DNA of 62,426 bases, taken from the IMG/VR virus record IMGVR_UViG_3300005805_000090, positions 1 through 62,426 of that record, one strand, 5' to 3'. Positions 31,205 through 38,360 of this stretch are shown here, in pieces (the stretch's first letter is position 1; every line of letters begins with the position of its first letter). Origin of the DNA: a virus (lineage: Duplodnaviria > Caudoviricetes). Both the position numbers and the translations under genes were made by a program. The notes under the pieces are model-generated. The model was not told where the DNA came from. It worked only from the letters and a program-made list of their open reading frames with translations, and did no database searches.

Positions 31205-31252
31205 GTTATTCAAAGTTAGCGTATCCTAAGTCTTGCCAGGTTGGTGGATCTA

Positions 31253-31792
31253 TCATTTTTTTAGTTCTTTTACTTTGTCCTTATAGTGGTATATCAACTC
31301 CTTTATCTTGTCAAGCGGTAGGCTGAGGCGGTCGTTTCTTAAATTCTTCAAGTCCTCCATTCTTTTTTTACCTATTCGCTTCTCAAGTCCAATAGCGTAT
31401 TCGAGAAGATTTCCGTGCTTGTGCTGGTTACAGGGGACACATTGTCCAAAAACGTTATCTTCGTTGAACCTAAGGTTAGGGTATGATCCCGTGGAAAAGT
31501 AGTGACCCGCGTCGTACTTACCTTGCAGAGGGCGGTTGCAGGATATACACCCCTTCCCTTGGTCTCGAAGCCTAATGTATTGGTTAAACACCTGCTGGAG
31601 TTCTTTCCTCCATTGGGACACGGACTTGTTCCGCTCCTTAATCTCTTTCAGTTCGCGTTTAACCTTCTTCTCCTTCTGCTTGGATGAATAGGCAATCATG
31701 CATTCGATGTTCTCACACGTTGCCTGCATGGTGCTGTACTTAGGGATAAACTCCTGTCTACAGATTCTGCACTTCTTATTCCTCCCCTTCAT
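31253..31792 (-). CDS. ninG: NinG/Rap-family recombination endonuclease
   Basis: N-terminal CxxC...C..C, QQVFNQYIRLRD, CISC, DAGHYFS, LRFNEDN..GQCVPCN. Confidence 0.9.
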   Translation of the reverse strand: MKGRNKKCRICRQEFIPKYSTMQATCENIECMIAYSSKQKEKKVKRELKEIKERNKSVSQWRKELQQVFNQYIRLRDQGKGCISCNRPLQGKYDAGHYFSTGSYPNLRFNEDNVFGQCVPCNQHKHGNLLEYAIGLEKRIGKKRMEDLKNLRNDRLSLPLDKIKELIYHYKDKVKELKK

Positions 31793-31800
31793 AGGCTATT

Positions 31801-32076
31801 TTATTTTTCGGAGGGTTTCCACTCTGCCTGTTCTTTAGCCAAGTTTGCCTTGACGGTTTCCGCGAGTATCGCAGCAAAGTAGTTGACTGCCTCGTCCTTG
31901 TCGATGTGTTGCATGAACTGTTCATAGTCTACCTCCACGGCAAAGGTAGTGACTCCGTTGGTGGTACGCAAGACTGTGAAGTTCCAACTTTTGTTTTCGG
32001 TTCCGGGGAAGGCCATGGTTATGGTTCCGGGGAAATACTCCACCCGCTTGGATGGCTTGTCTGAGATTCTGATCAT
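31801..32076 (-). CDS. Hypothetical protein
   Basis: 91-aa ORF, ATGA-coupled. Confidence 0.6.
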   Translation of the reverse strand: MIRISDKPSKRVEYFPGTITMAFPGTENKSWNFTVLRTTNGVTTFAVEVDYEQFMQHIDKDEAVNYFAAILAETVKANLAKEQAEWKPSEK

Positions 32077-32291
32077 AGCTTTATGTTATAGTTGTTAATA
32101 ATTTCGTAGAACTGTTGGTACACCTCGTCATACGCCTCCCATTTCTTCTCGTCATGGGTGTCGTACTTTACCTTTCCTCTGAGGTATTCTCGGATGCCGT
32201 CTAGGGCAATCCTCATGTCAAGGGCTTTGATGGCTAGGTCGAAGTCGGACTGGTCTTCCGGTAGATTGAATTCAAGTATTGCTTTACTCAT
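32073..32291 (-). CDS. Conserved small phage protein (KAILEFNLPED family)
   Basis: Recognisable N-terminal motif; start lies in a junction repeat. Confidence 0.7.
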   Translation of the reverse strand: MSKAILEFNLPEDQSDFDLAIKALDMRIALDGIREYLRGKVKYDTHDEKKWEAYDEVYQQFYEIINNYNIKL

Positions 32292-32533
32292 TTGTCACCT
32301 CCATTATTTTTTTCTTCCTCATCAAGCACCCACTTTAACAGATAAATTTTATGACCGCATTTAAGTAACTCGTGATATGCATAATCCATTTCACCACTAT
32401 CTGCCCCATCTTTCCCCCAAAAGCTACGATCATCCGCATACTGTTTAGAAGCCTTTTCATGCCAATTTTTAATATCATCGTATTCTGCTACAAGGTCAAC
32501 AAGTTTTGCTCGTATTTCATCTACAGTTTTCAT
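32288..32533 (-). CDS. Hypothetical cassette protein ending GGDK
   Basis: Bounded by junction repeats at both ends. Confidence 0.7.
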   Translation of the reverse strand: MKTVDEIRAKLVDLVAEYDDIKNWHEKASKQYADDRSFWGKDGADSGEMDYAYHELLKCGHKIYLLKWVLDEEEKNNGGDK

Positions 32534-32817
32534 TTGTCACCTCCTTTTGTTTCTTCCTTTTCCCTAGTCGCTAGCCCCGACTGCTCAACGGTTATCCCTT
32601 GGGATTTCCTGAGCTGCTTTGTCAACGTCTCGTGCCTCCTAGCCCTAAGGATTGCCCGTGCGTTCTTAATGACCTTGTTGGTCTCCGGGTCAATCACCTT
32701 GAAGTCCATGCTGTGAACGAGTCCGCAGTCGCAACAGGCCATCTTGTATCCCTTCTCAATAGGCATCTGCCATTCGTTTTTAGGAACCTGATAGAAGTCT
32801 ACTTTTTTGTTTTTCAT
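32530..32817 (-). CDS. Small Zn-binding protein (CCDCGLVH) ending GGDK
   Basis: Cys/His motif; junction repeats at both ends. Confidence 0.7.
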   Translation of the reverse strand: MKNKKVDFYQVPKNEWQMPIEKGYKMACCDCGLVHSMDFKVIDPETNKVIKNARAILRARRHETLTKQLRKSQGITVEQSGLATREKEETKGGDK

Positions 32818-33086
32818 TTGTAACCTCCTTCATTTTTTGTACTTAACGTCCATCTGTCATCTTGTGAAGTTGTTGTATTAAGCATCTCAAGCTGATCCAC
32901 AGAAGCAGTAAGGGTCACAGGCTTATGCTGGTCATCATGCGGGATGTGCTTGTTGTCTCTAATCCTTTCAAGATTACCCAATTGTTTTTTAAAGGCATCA
33001 AGTTCCGCATTTAGAATCATCTTTTCGTTTTGCAGGTTCTTGATATGCTCTTCACAGTCTTTAATTGCAAATTCTATCTTGTTCAT
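32814..33086 (-). CDS. Coiled-coil hypothetical protein ending GGYK
   Basis: ATGA-coupled ORF. Confidence 0.65.
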   Translation of the reverse strand: MNKIEFAIKDCEEHIKNLQNEKMILNAELDAFKKQLGNLERIRDNKHIPHDDQHKPVTLTASVDQLEMLNTTTSQDDRWTLSTKNEGGYK

Positions 33087-33709
33087 TGTTTAGGTTGTTT
33101 AAGTGATTGGATAATTTCTTCATCTGAATAAGTAACATATCTCATGTCTCTCACTTTGTGCATTGCCTCCCAAACTTGTTCCCCCGTGTAAAGAGTTTCT
33201 TTGGCTTTGTTGTAGCCTGCTGTGAATGCTTTTCTTATTAAAGAAGAATTTGGGTATAAATCATCATTTAATGGATAAAATTCCTCAGCTAACTTCTCTA
33301 CATCTTCTACCATCTTCCCGACATCAGGAACATGGTTAGCCATTTTGTTGACCTCACCAATATGGTCCATCATTTTGTTGGTGTCGCCAAGTTGATCAAT
33401 GACTTCATCCCATGCATCATAATTTTTAATCGGAGCTTGAATAATTGTAGGCTCATCTCGTTCATAAGTCATTTCAAAAATGTCAGGTTTACATGGGTAG
33501 TATTCACCCTTGATGCCCCTTATAATATAATCTCCTTTAGAACATTTATGACCTCCTTCTAAAGTTGGAACTATTAGATATGGTGAACCATCGTCTTCAT
33601 AACCAATAATAAATTTACCCACATCATTAATGCTGAAGATGTCAAGGCATCTGAAGTTTCCATCATACTGTACCGCTTCAATAACAACTGGTTTTTTTCT
33701 GTATCTCAT
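33083..33709 (-). CDS. YRKKPVVIEA/YPCKPDIF-family domain fused to a repeat-containing C-terminal part
   Basis: Widespread phage domain in residues 1-85, then three ~10-aa xxD/ExNKM repeats. Confidence 0.75.
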   Translation of the reverse strand: MRYRKKPVVIEAVQYDGNFRCLDIFSINDVGKFIIGYEDDGSPYLIVPTLEGGHKCSKGDYIIRGIKGEYYPCKPDIFEMTYERDEPTIIQAPIKNYDAWDEVIDQLGDTNKMMDHIGEVNKMANHVPDVGKMVEDVEKLAEEFYPLNDDLYPNSSLIRKAFTAGYNKAKETLYTGEQVWEAMHKVRDMRYVTYSDEEIIQSLKQPKQ

Positions 33710-33990
33710 AACTTTTGTATTTCCTGTTCTACTTGTTCTAAATACTCCAACATATCATACCCCGTCATGTGGTCTGGGTGTTCACCTTCAAAGGTAAATT
33801 TGCGTTCTCCAATGGCATCAAAGGCACAGTATTCAGGTTTGTGGAGTCCATCAAAGATGCCTTTCATGTGCTTTACTGCTATCAAAGCACCCTTCTTAGC
33901 ATTTTCCCATCTCATATTGTCACTTAGAAATGACATTATGGTACTGTAGTAGTCCTCTACTAATTCTTCTGCATATTGTTTTGGTGTCAT
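33706..33990 (-). CDS. Hypothetical protein (MTPK..A.EL...EQEIQKL family)
   Basis: ATGA-coupled at both ends. Confidence 0.7.
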   Translation of the reverse strand: MTPKQYAEELVEDYYSTIMSFLSDNMRWENAKKGALIAVKHMKGIFDGLHKPEYCAFDAIGERKFTFEGEHPDHMTGYDMLEYLEQVEQEIQKL

Positions 33991-34082
33991 AGCTTATCAG
34001 TTATATTATCAAGTGCTACTCCTATTCTAATGAGGGCATAAGTTATCATTGCCCCGACTACAAAAATTGTTATTGATGTCAT
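33987..34082 (-). CDS. 31-aa single-TM peptide (not in ORF track)
   Basis: MTSITIFVVGAMITYALIRIGVALDNITDKL*, ATGA overlaps at both ends. Confidence 0.7.
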   Translation of the reverse strand: MTSITIFVVGAMITYALIRIGVALDNITDKL

Positions 34083-34291
34083 TGTACTTCTTTTTTAATG
34101 TGTCTGAAAGTTGGGTATTCTTTAGGAATGTTAAAACCAAGTGCCATGTAAAAAGAAAAGTAACCCCAGCAAATTCCAATGCCGTAAACTTTGATAACTT
34201 CTCCTTTTGAAATAACACTACACAGATAGGGCGTTAAAGCAAAATCTTCATTATTGCTCCTTGTATCCATAGTTCCAAATAAAACTCTCAT
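34079..34291 (-). CDS. Hypothetical protein
   Basis: Starts in a junction repeat. Confidence 0.65.
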   Translation of the reverse strand: MRVLFGTMDTRSNNEDFALTPYLCSVISKGEVIKVYGIGICWGYFSFYMALGFNIPKEYPTFRHIKKEVQ

Positions 34292-34530
34292 TCGTCACCT
34301 CCTTTAATTACTCGGTTGATCCTATCCAACAAGTCCTGTAAGTTACCAACGCTATCTATACTCCAACCTGTTTCAGTTTTTAATACATAGTAGCACCCGC
34401 CATCATTGTCAATTCCAAGTGATGACTCACACTCTATTGTTAGTTCTTCGTACTCACTTGTTGTCCCATTACAATTACCCTCTTGAACAAATGTAAATGA
34501 ACACTTTTCTAATGTTGGTTTATCGCTCAT
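34288..34530 (-). CDS. Hypothetical protein ending GGDE
   Basis: Junction repeats at both ends. Confidence 0.7.
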   Translation of the reverse strand: MSDKPTLEKCSFTFVQEGNCNGTTSEYEELTIECESSLGIDNDGGCYYVLKTETGWSIDSVGNLQDLLDRINRVIKGGDE

Positions 34531-34748
34531 TTGTCACCTCCGTATGTTATTTTTTCAAATGCGCGTTCCACCTGTGCGTATTCCCTTTCAATAAATTCCA
34601 AATTATCAAAAGAAAAAACTTCCCTGTAATAACTTGGCGGTGGCGGTGGATAAGACATTAAATTAGAATTGTCCTGAACATAATAGACGTAAAGTTTTTT
34701 CTTTTCTTGGTCTATTTCTACTTTTTGAATTTGATTGTTGTTAAACAT
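34527..34748 (-). CDS. Hypothetical protein ending TYGGDK (start revised to MFNNNQ)
   Basis: GGAGGTAACAATG start at 34748. Confidence 0.65.
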   Translation of the reverse strand: MFNNNQIQKVEIDQEKKKLYVYYVQDNSNLMSYPPPPPSYYREVFSFDNLEFIEREYAQVERAFEKITYGGDK

Positions 34749-34998
34749 TGTTACCTCCATAATTTTCGTTATAATAAGTCTGTGAATCTTTCCTGTATTC
34801 TGAATTGACATGGTATTGATATTCCGATTCCGCGCCTTCCTCCCAGGATAACTCAATCTGCTGCTGTTCGATTCGCATATAAGTGTTCATAATCATCATT
34901 TCAACACCTTGATACGCTCTATCCCATTCAATAGGTAGTGGCAGATTGTTTCTTTCCTCTCTCATTTGTTCAAGGAGTTGTTGCATTGCTGTTTTCAT
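34741..34998 (-). CDS. MKTA...YYNE.YGG family paralog
   Basis: Shares N- and C-terminal motifs with three neighbours. Confidence 0.75.
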   Translation of the reverse strand: MKTAMQQLLEQMREERNNLPLPIEWDRAYQGVEMMIMNTYMRIEQQQIELSWEEGAESEYQYHVNSEYRKDSQTYYNENYGGNNV

Positions 34999-35177
34999 TT
35001 GCTACCTCCAGTATTTTGTGTTTTTTCAATCATGTAGTCAATGTCATCAATCGCATCTTGAAACATCGTCTTAAATTGCTCCAATTCATTTTTCCAAACA
35101 TCATAACAAATCGTAGTATCTCTATCCTCAATGGTTAATTCTAACCAAGAGCTTTTTATTTTTGTTGTAATTCTCAT
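34995..35177 (-). CDS. Hypothetical protein ending GGSK
   Basis: Junction repeats at both ends. Confidence 0.65.
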   Translation of the reverse strand: MRITTKIKSSWLELTIEDRDTTICYDVWKNELEQFKTMFQDAIDDIDYMIEKTQNTGGSK

Positions 35178-35419
35178 TCGTCACCTCCGTATTGCTCGTT
35201 ATAGTAATCATCAAAATCGTCATAGGCTCTTACCACATTCCACGCCCTCTCCTGAGTTTGGTCTATGGCTTTTGTCCAGGTTTTCATCATCTGCTCCTTC
35301 TCCACTTCAAGTAACTCCTCTGCTTTGTCTATGGCTTCATAGAAACTAAGTGTTTTTGCGGGGTGGTCACCAATCATTTGGGTTCCCCATTCTATAAATT
35401 GTTGTAGTGCTGTTTTCAT
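35174..35419 (-). CDS. MKTA...EKEQ...YYNEQYGGDE family paralog
   Basis: Shared motifs with neighbours. Confidence 0.75.
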   Translation of the reverse strand: MKTALQQFIEWGTQMIGDHPAKTLSFYEAIDKAEELLEVEKEQMMKTWTKAIDQTQERAWNVVRAYDDFDDYYNEQYGGDE

Positions 35420-35466
35420 TTGTCCCCTCCGTATGTTTCGTTTTACTTGTTTCGCTTATTCCTATG

Positions 35467-35673
35467 TTAGCGGTAATGCTTAACCATATTCTCATCGAGA
35501 TAATAAGTCGAGAAATTATCACTAACCCAACCACCCTTCCAAATAGTTGTGCTTGTCGTAGTTTCATCAGTTGATAAGCAACCAGTAGTAGCACTACCGC
35601 TAACACCAGATAAAAGCAATTTATTACTGCTAATATCTAACTTTTCTGCTTGTTTTTTAATCTTGTTTTTCAT
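35467..35673 (-). CDS. Small ORF running through an attC-like site
   Basis: Starts inside the attC-like loop; LLLSGVSGS is encoded by the L'/R' arm; ends HYR* in GCTAAC. Confidence 0.5.
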   Translation of the reverse strand: MKNKIKKQAEKLDISSNKLLLSGVSGSATTGCLSTDETTTSTTIWKGGWVSDNFSTYYLDENMVKHYR

Positions 35674-35716
35674 ATCTAATTTTATTTTAAACTGCTTTTA
35701 TCTGTAAACGTTATAC
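35598..35716 (-). mobile_element. Integron attC-like recombination site
   Basis: GTATAAC ... 17-bp imperfect inverted repeat (35607-35623 / 35688-35704) ... GTTAGCG. Confidence 0.55.
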
Positions 35717-35722
35717 GAAATG

Positions 35723-35959
35723 TTACTCGTCACCTCCGTATGTTTCGTTATACCATTTATCGAAATTGAAATACCCTCGATTATCAACCATATCTGCTTT
35801 TGATATGGCATTTGAAACCGCATTTTCAATCTGCTCCTTCTCCATTGCTTTAGCTTCCGCTAAACACTTTCTAAAATGCTCTCTTTCTTTTGGGTCAGAA
35901 AATGGAAGAAAAGGTAATAGGTGTGCAAATAACCATTCTGTTGCTGTTTGCTTTTTCAT
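35723..35959 (-). CDS. MKKQTA.EWL...AKAMEKEQ...YNETYGGDE family paralog
   Basis: Shared motifs with neighbours. Confidence 0.75.
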   Translation of the reverse strand: MKKQTATEWLFAHLLPFLPFSDPKEREHFRKCLAEAKAMEKEQIENAVSNAISKADMVDNRGYFNFDKWYNETYGGDE

Positions 35960-36096
35960 TTGTCACCTCCTTCAATAAATATTATGTAATGACAATTAGG
36001 ACATTCAAGTTCTAATGCTTCAATGGGTCTAACAGCTACCCAACTATAAGTACATATGTCGCAATCAACTAATGATGTTGTAAATGATTCAGTCAT
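35956..36096 (-). CDS. 46-aa zinc-ribbon protein (not in ORF track)
   Basis: MTESFTTSLVDCDICTYSWVAVRPIEALELECPNCHYIIFIEGGDK*, junction repeats at both ends. Confidence 0.75.
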   Translation of the reverse strand: MTESFTTSLVDCDICTYSWVAVRPIEALELECPNCHYIIFIEGGDK

Positions 36097-36314
36097 TCGT
36101 CACCTCCGTATGTTTTATTAAAATAATCTTCAAACAAATCTCCATGACCCGTTTCTAAATAGGTTAATGTAGCATGGTCATAACACTTTTCCATCTGCTC
36201 CTTCTCCATTGCTTTGGCTTGGTCAAATAATTGACTTCTATTTCTTTCAGTCATATATTGATATAAAAAATCTAATTCGCTTTCTAACCACTCTACTGCC
36301 GTCTGCCTTTTCAT
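36093..36314 (-). CDS. MKRQTAVEWL...AKAMEKEQ...TYGGDE family paralog
   Basis: Shared motifs with neighbours. Confidence 0.75.
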   Translation of the reverse strand: MKRQTAVEWLESELDFLYQYMTERNRSQLFDQAKAMEKEQMEKCYDHATLTYLETGHGDLFEDYFNKTYGGDE

Positions 36315-36688
36315 ATCGCGTCCTCCAATATTGGTTTAAGGTTTGGCTTTTCGTATCCCTCCGGCTTGAGGATCTTCCCATCGTCCCGTCTGAAAACCCT
36401 TCCGTCCACAACCTTGGTCATGTTGCTGCGGTGTATCTCATCGAAGATAGCCTCTATCTTATCCGCAAGGCCATGTTCTACAATGGTCCCAATGAGGATG
36501 TAGAGCATATCCCCTAGCGCGTCGGCTATGTCAACCATCTCCCACGCCTGCAAATACTCGTCATTCTCTTCGGCCATCAGGTCATAGCGAAGTATGTGTC
36601 GTGTTTGACCAAGCCCGGTAGGAATTGTTGGGCTTTCGATTTCCGTGGCTCTGTGCCACTCTTTTAGTTGTTCGATTTGTTGTTTCAT
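36311..36688 (-). CDS. MazG-like / PRA-PH family NTP pyrophosphohydrolase
   Basis: EENDEY, DALGDMLY, EIHRSNMTK, RRDDGKILKP motifs. Confidence 0.9.
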   Translation of the reverse strand: MKQQIEQLKEWHRATEIESPTIPTGLGQTRHILRYDLMAEENDEYLQAWEMVDIADALGDMLYILIGTIVEHGLADKIEAIFDEIHRSNMTKVVDGRVFRRDDGKILKPEGYEKPNLKPILEDAI

Positions 36689-36692
36689 TTTA

Positions 36693-36764
36693 CAAAGATA
36701 ACTTATGTGTTGTTTTTATGCAATTATTTCTTTTGACTTCCGTGTTTCGGTCGCCATACTTTTG
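36693..36764. promoter_or_regulatory. Divergent Bacteroidota-type promoters
   Basis: - strand TATCTTTG (about 36693-36700); + strand TTTG(36732)-N21-TACTTTTG(36757-36764). Confidence 0.7.
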
Positions 36765-36769
36765 TTGCG

Positions 36770-36869
36770 TTCTCACATTGCAGTGTCTGGTAGCAGTGCA
36801 ATGTGGGAATTGAGAAATCTAATTCTCATGCCAAAATGCCCTCGGACTACCAGACGAGGGCTTTTTTTT
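36770..36869 (+). ncRNA. Three-hairpin sRNA with complementary loops
   Basis: Promoter upstream; 13-bp hairpin with loop GTCTGGTAG; terminator with CTACCAGAC in its loop and T8. Confidence 0.6.
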
Positions 36870-37067
36870 ACCCCACCCCACCATCCGAATCAGCCCTGTC
36901 GGTGCAAGAGGCAAACTTCATACGCGAGTATGTTGGATCAGGCAGCCGCCCCTTTGTGGGGCGGGGTAGTTTGTTTTTCATGGGGGGAGGCTTTTTCTTT
37001 TCTTCTCTTTAGGTTTCTTCTTGACTTGTTTCTTTTCTCTGTCTTTTCTTTTGAATGAGTCCAAGTT

Positions 37068-37502
37068 TTAACCTATCTCAAGTTGCTCATTTGGGTCGGG
37101 AATGTAGATATCAAGCGTCTCAGCGGCAAACTGCTTGACTTGTTCGATATAAACTATAAACTCGTCCGTTGCAAGCTCCGACGTTTTGCGTGGTATCTTC
37201 ATTACCTCGCCGGACGTTGGGTCGGTCAGCTCTGTGTAGAGGAACCTCCCCTTGAGGAACTCATGCGTTAGGTCGCGGTCAACATCATGGCCAAGCTCCC
37301 TGAGCCTTTCCACTATCATCGCCACAACTACGCCCCAGTAGTATGCATTCTGCACATCGGAGCGTACACGTTTCTTCATCTTGACTTCGATGGTCACGGC
37401 CAAGTCCTTGTCGCGGGACATGGCTCGGACTTCCTCTTCGAAGAGGGGGCGATTGTAGATTCGCAATGCCCCCTGTGGTGTAATTACTCCGTTGTGTTTC
37501 AT
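37068..37502 (-). CDS. NinB/YbcN-like recombination protein
   Basis: RS..QNAYYWG, HEFLK, TSEL...EF..YIEQV motifs. Confidence 0.8.
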   Translation of the reverse strand: MKHNGVITPQGALRIYNRPLFEEEVRAMSRDKDLAVTIEVKMKKRVRSDVQNAYYWGVVVAMIVERLRELGHDVDRDLTHEFLKGRFLYTELTDPTSGEVMKIPRKTSELATDEFIVYIEQVKQFAAETLDIYIPDPNEQLEIG

Positions 37503-37735
37503 TTTATCCTCCAAATTCTGAAGCCATCAGGATATGTGCGTGACTTAAACTTCTTGCCGTTGTTCTTTCCGTAGTATAAGGATGAGGATAGGACAGTCGA
37601 TCGCTTGCTTGTCATTGTTTCTTCATCGCACTTGATAAAGAATGAGTCTCCAACCTCCATTTCATGGAATGGATATTTGCTTTTAGTCTCCCGCGTTGAC
37701 TCCAATGGGATGTTCTTTTGGATGGTGATTTTCAT
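37499..37735 (-). CDS. Small DNA-binding-type protein (KYPF.EMEVGDSF family)
   Basis: Recognisable phage motif, ends GFRIWRIK. Confidence 0.7.
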   Translation of the reverse strand: MKITIQKNIPLESTRETKSKYPFHEMEVGDSFFIKCDEETMTSKRSTVLSSSLYYGKNNGKKFKSRTYPDGFRIWRIK

Positions 37736-38043
37736 TGTGCTTTAGATATTGCGTTGTATGACTTGGTTAATGTTTCTTTGAATTGTTCTTTAGTTATCTG
37801 TGTAACCTTGTTGCTCTTAAAGTGAGACTCTAAGAACTCAGATACTTTTTCTTCACTTCCGAGCATCTTGACGGACATGCTTACATAGCCGTCATTAAAG
37901 TAGACGGTCGTGAGGCTGAAGTCTTCTCTAATTGCAAAGACCTGTTCTGCGTGTGTGTAATAGTCCGTTGTAAAGTAGTATGGCAGTTCTACATAGGTTG
38001 TCTCGACCGTTACCGGCACTTGGTGTTTTACTTCGATTGTCAT
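37732..38043 (-). CDS. Hypothetical protein
   Basis: ATGA-coupled ORF. Confidence 0.65.
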   Translation of the reverse strand: MTIEVKHQVPVTVETTYVELPYYFTTDYYTHAEQVFAIREDFSLTTVYFNDGYVSMSVKMLGSEEKVSEFLESHFKSNKVTQITKEQFKETLTKSYNAISKAQ

Positions 38044-38360
38044 GTTGTTGGGGTATTAAAATGATTGTTTGTTACTAAGTATTCGTATAGGCCGTCGAGA
38101 TCCTTGCATATCTCGTTCTTGTGTTCGTCCCATGCCTTCATGTCGTCCCTTAACTCGTGTAGGTAAGACCTTTCGTACATGAACCAACAGAACCACTCCA
38201 TTCCCTTTTCAGTTAGCACAGCCTCCCATAGGTGCGTGGTCACATAGTATTGGGTGTCCATGAACTCGTTGAGGTCGATGCCCATCTTGTATGCCTTGTC
38301 GCACTTCTCGGACATCTCCTTCATCTTGATACAGGCTCTTGTGAATGCTAAATGTTTCAT
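38040..38360 (-). CDS. Hypothetical protein (EKGMEWFCWFMYE family)
   Basis: ATGA-coupled ORF. Confidence 0.65.
   Translation of the reverse strand: MKHLAFTRACIKMKEMSEKCDKAYKMGIDLNEFMDTQYYVTTHLWEAVLTEKGMEWFCWFMYERSYLHELRDDMKAWDEHKNEICKDLDGLYEYLVTNNHFNTPTT

Larger units (their letters stand above)
32288..36107 (-). repeat. Twelve copies of the junction motif GGAGG(T)(G/A)AC(A/G)AATGA and close variants
   Basis: Copies at 32288, 32530, 32814, 34288, 34527, 34746, 34995, 35174, 35416, 35723, 35956, 36093 (+ strand tcatt(t/c)gtcacctcc). Confidence 0.9.

Noticed and set aside
31999-32036. GGTTCCGGGGAA repeated twice
   Set aside because: Short in-frame duplication encoding FPGT twice; no further structure.
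35560-35572. Second hammerhead (CTGATGAAAC on the - strand)
   Set aside because: No stem II between CTGATGA and GAAA, and no flanking stems.
32288-36107. CRISPR array interpretation of the junction repeats
   Set aside because: Repeats are only about 15 nt, and the spacers are whole ORFs of variable length; no cas operon.
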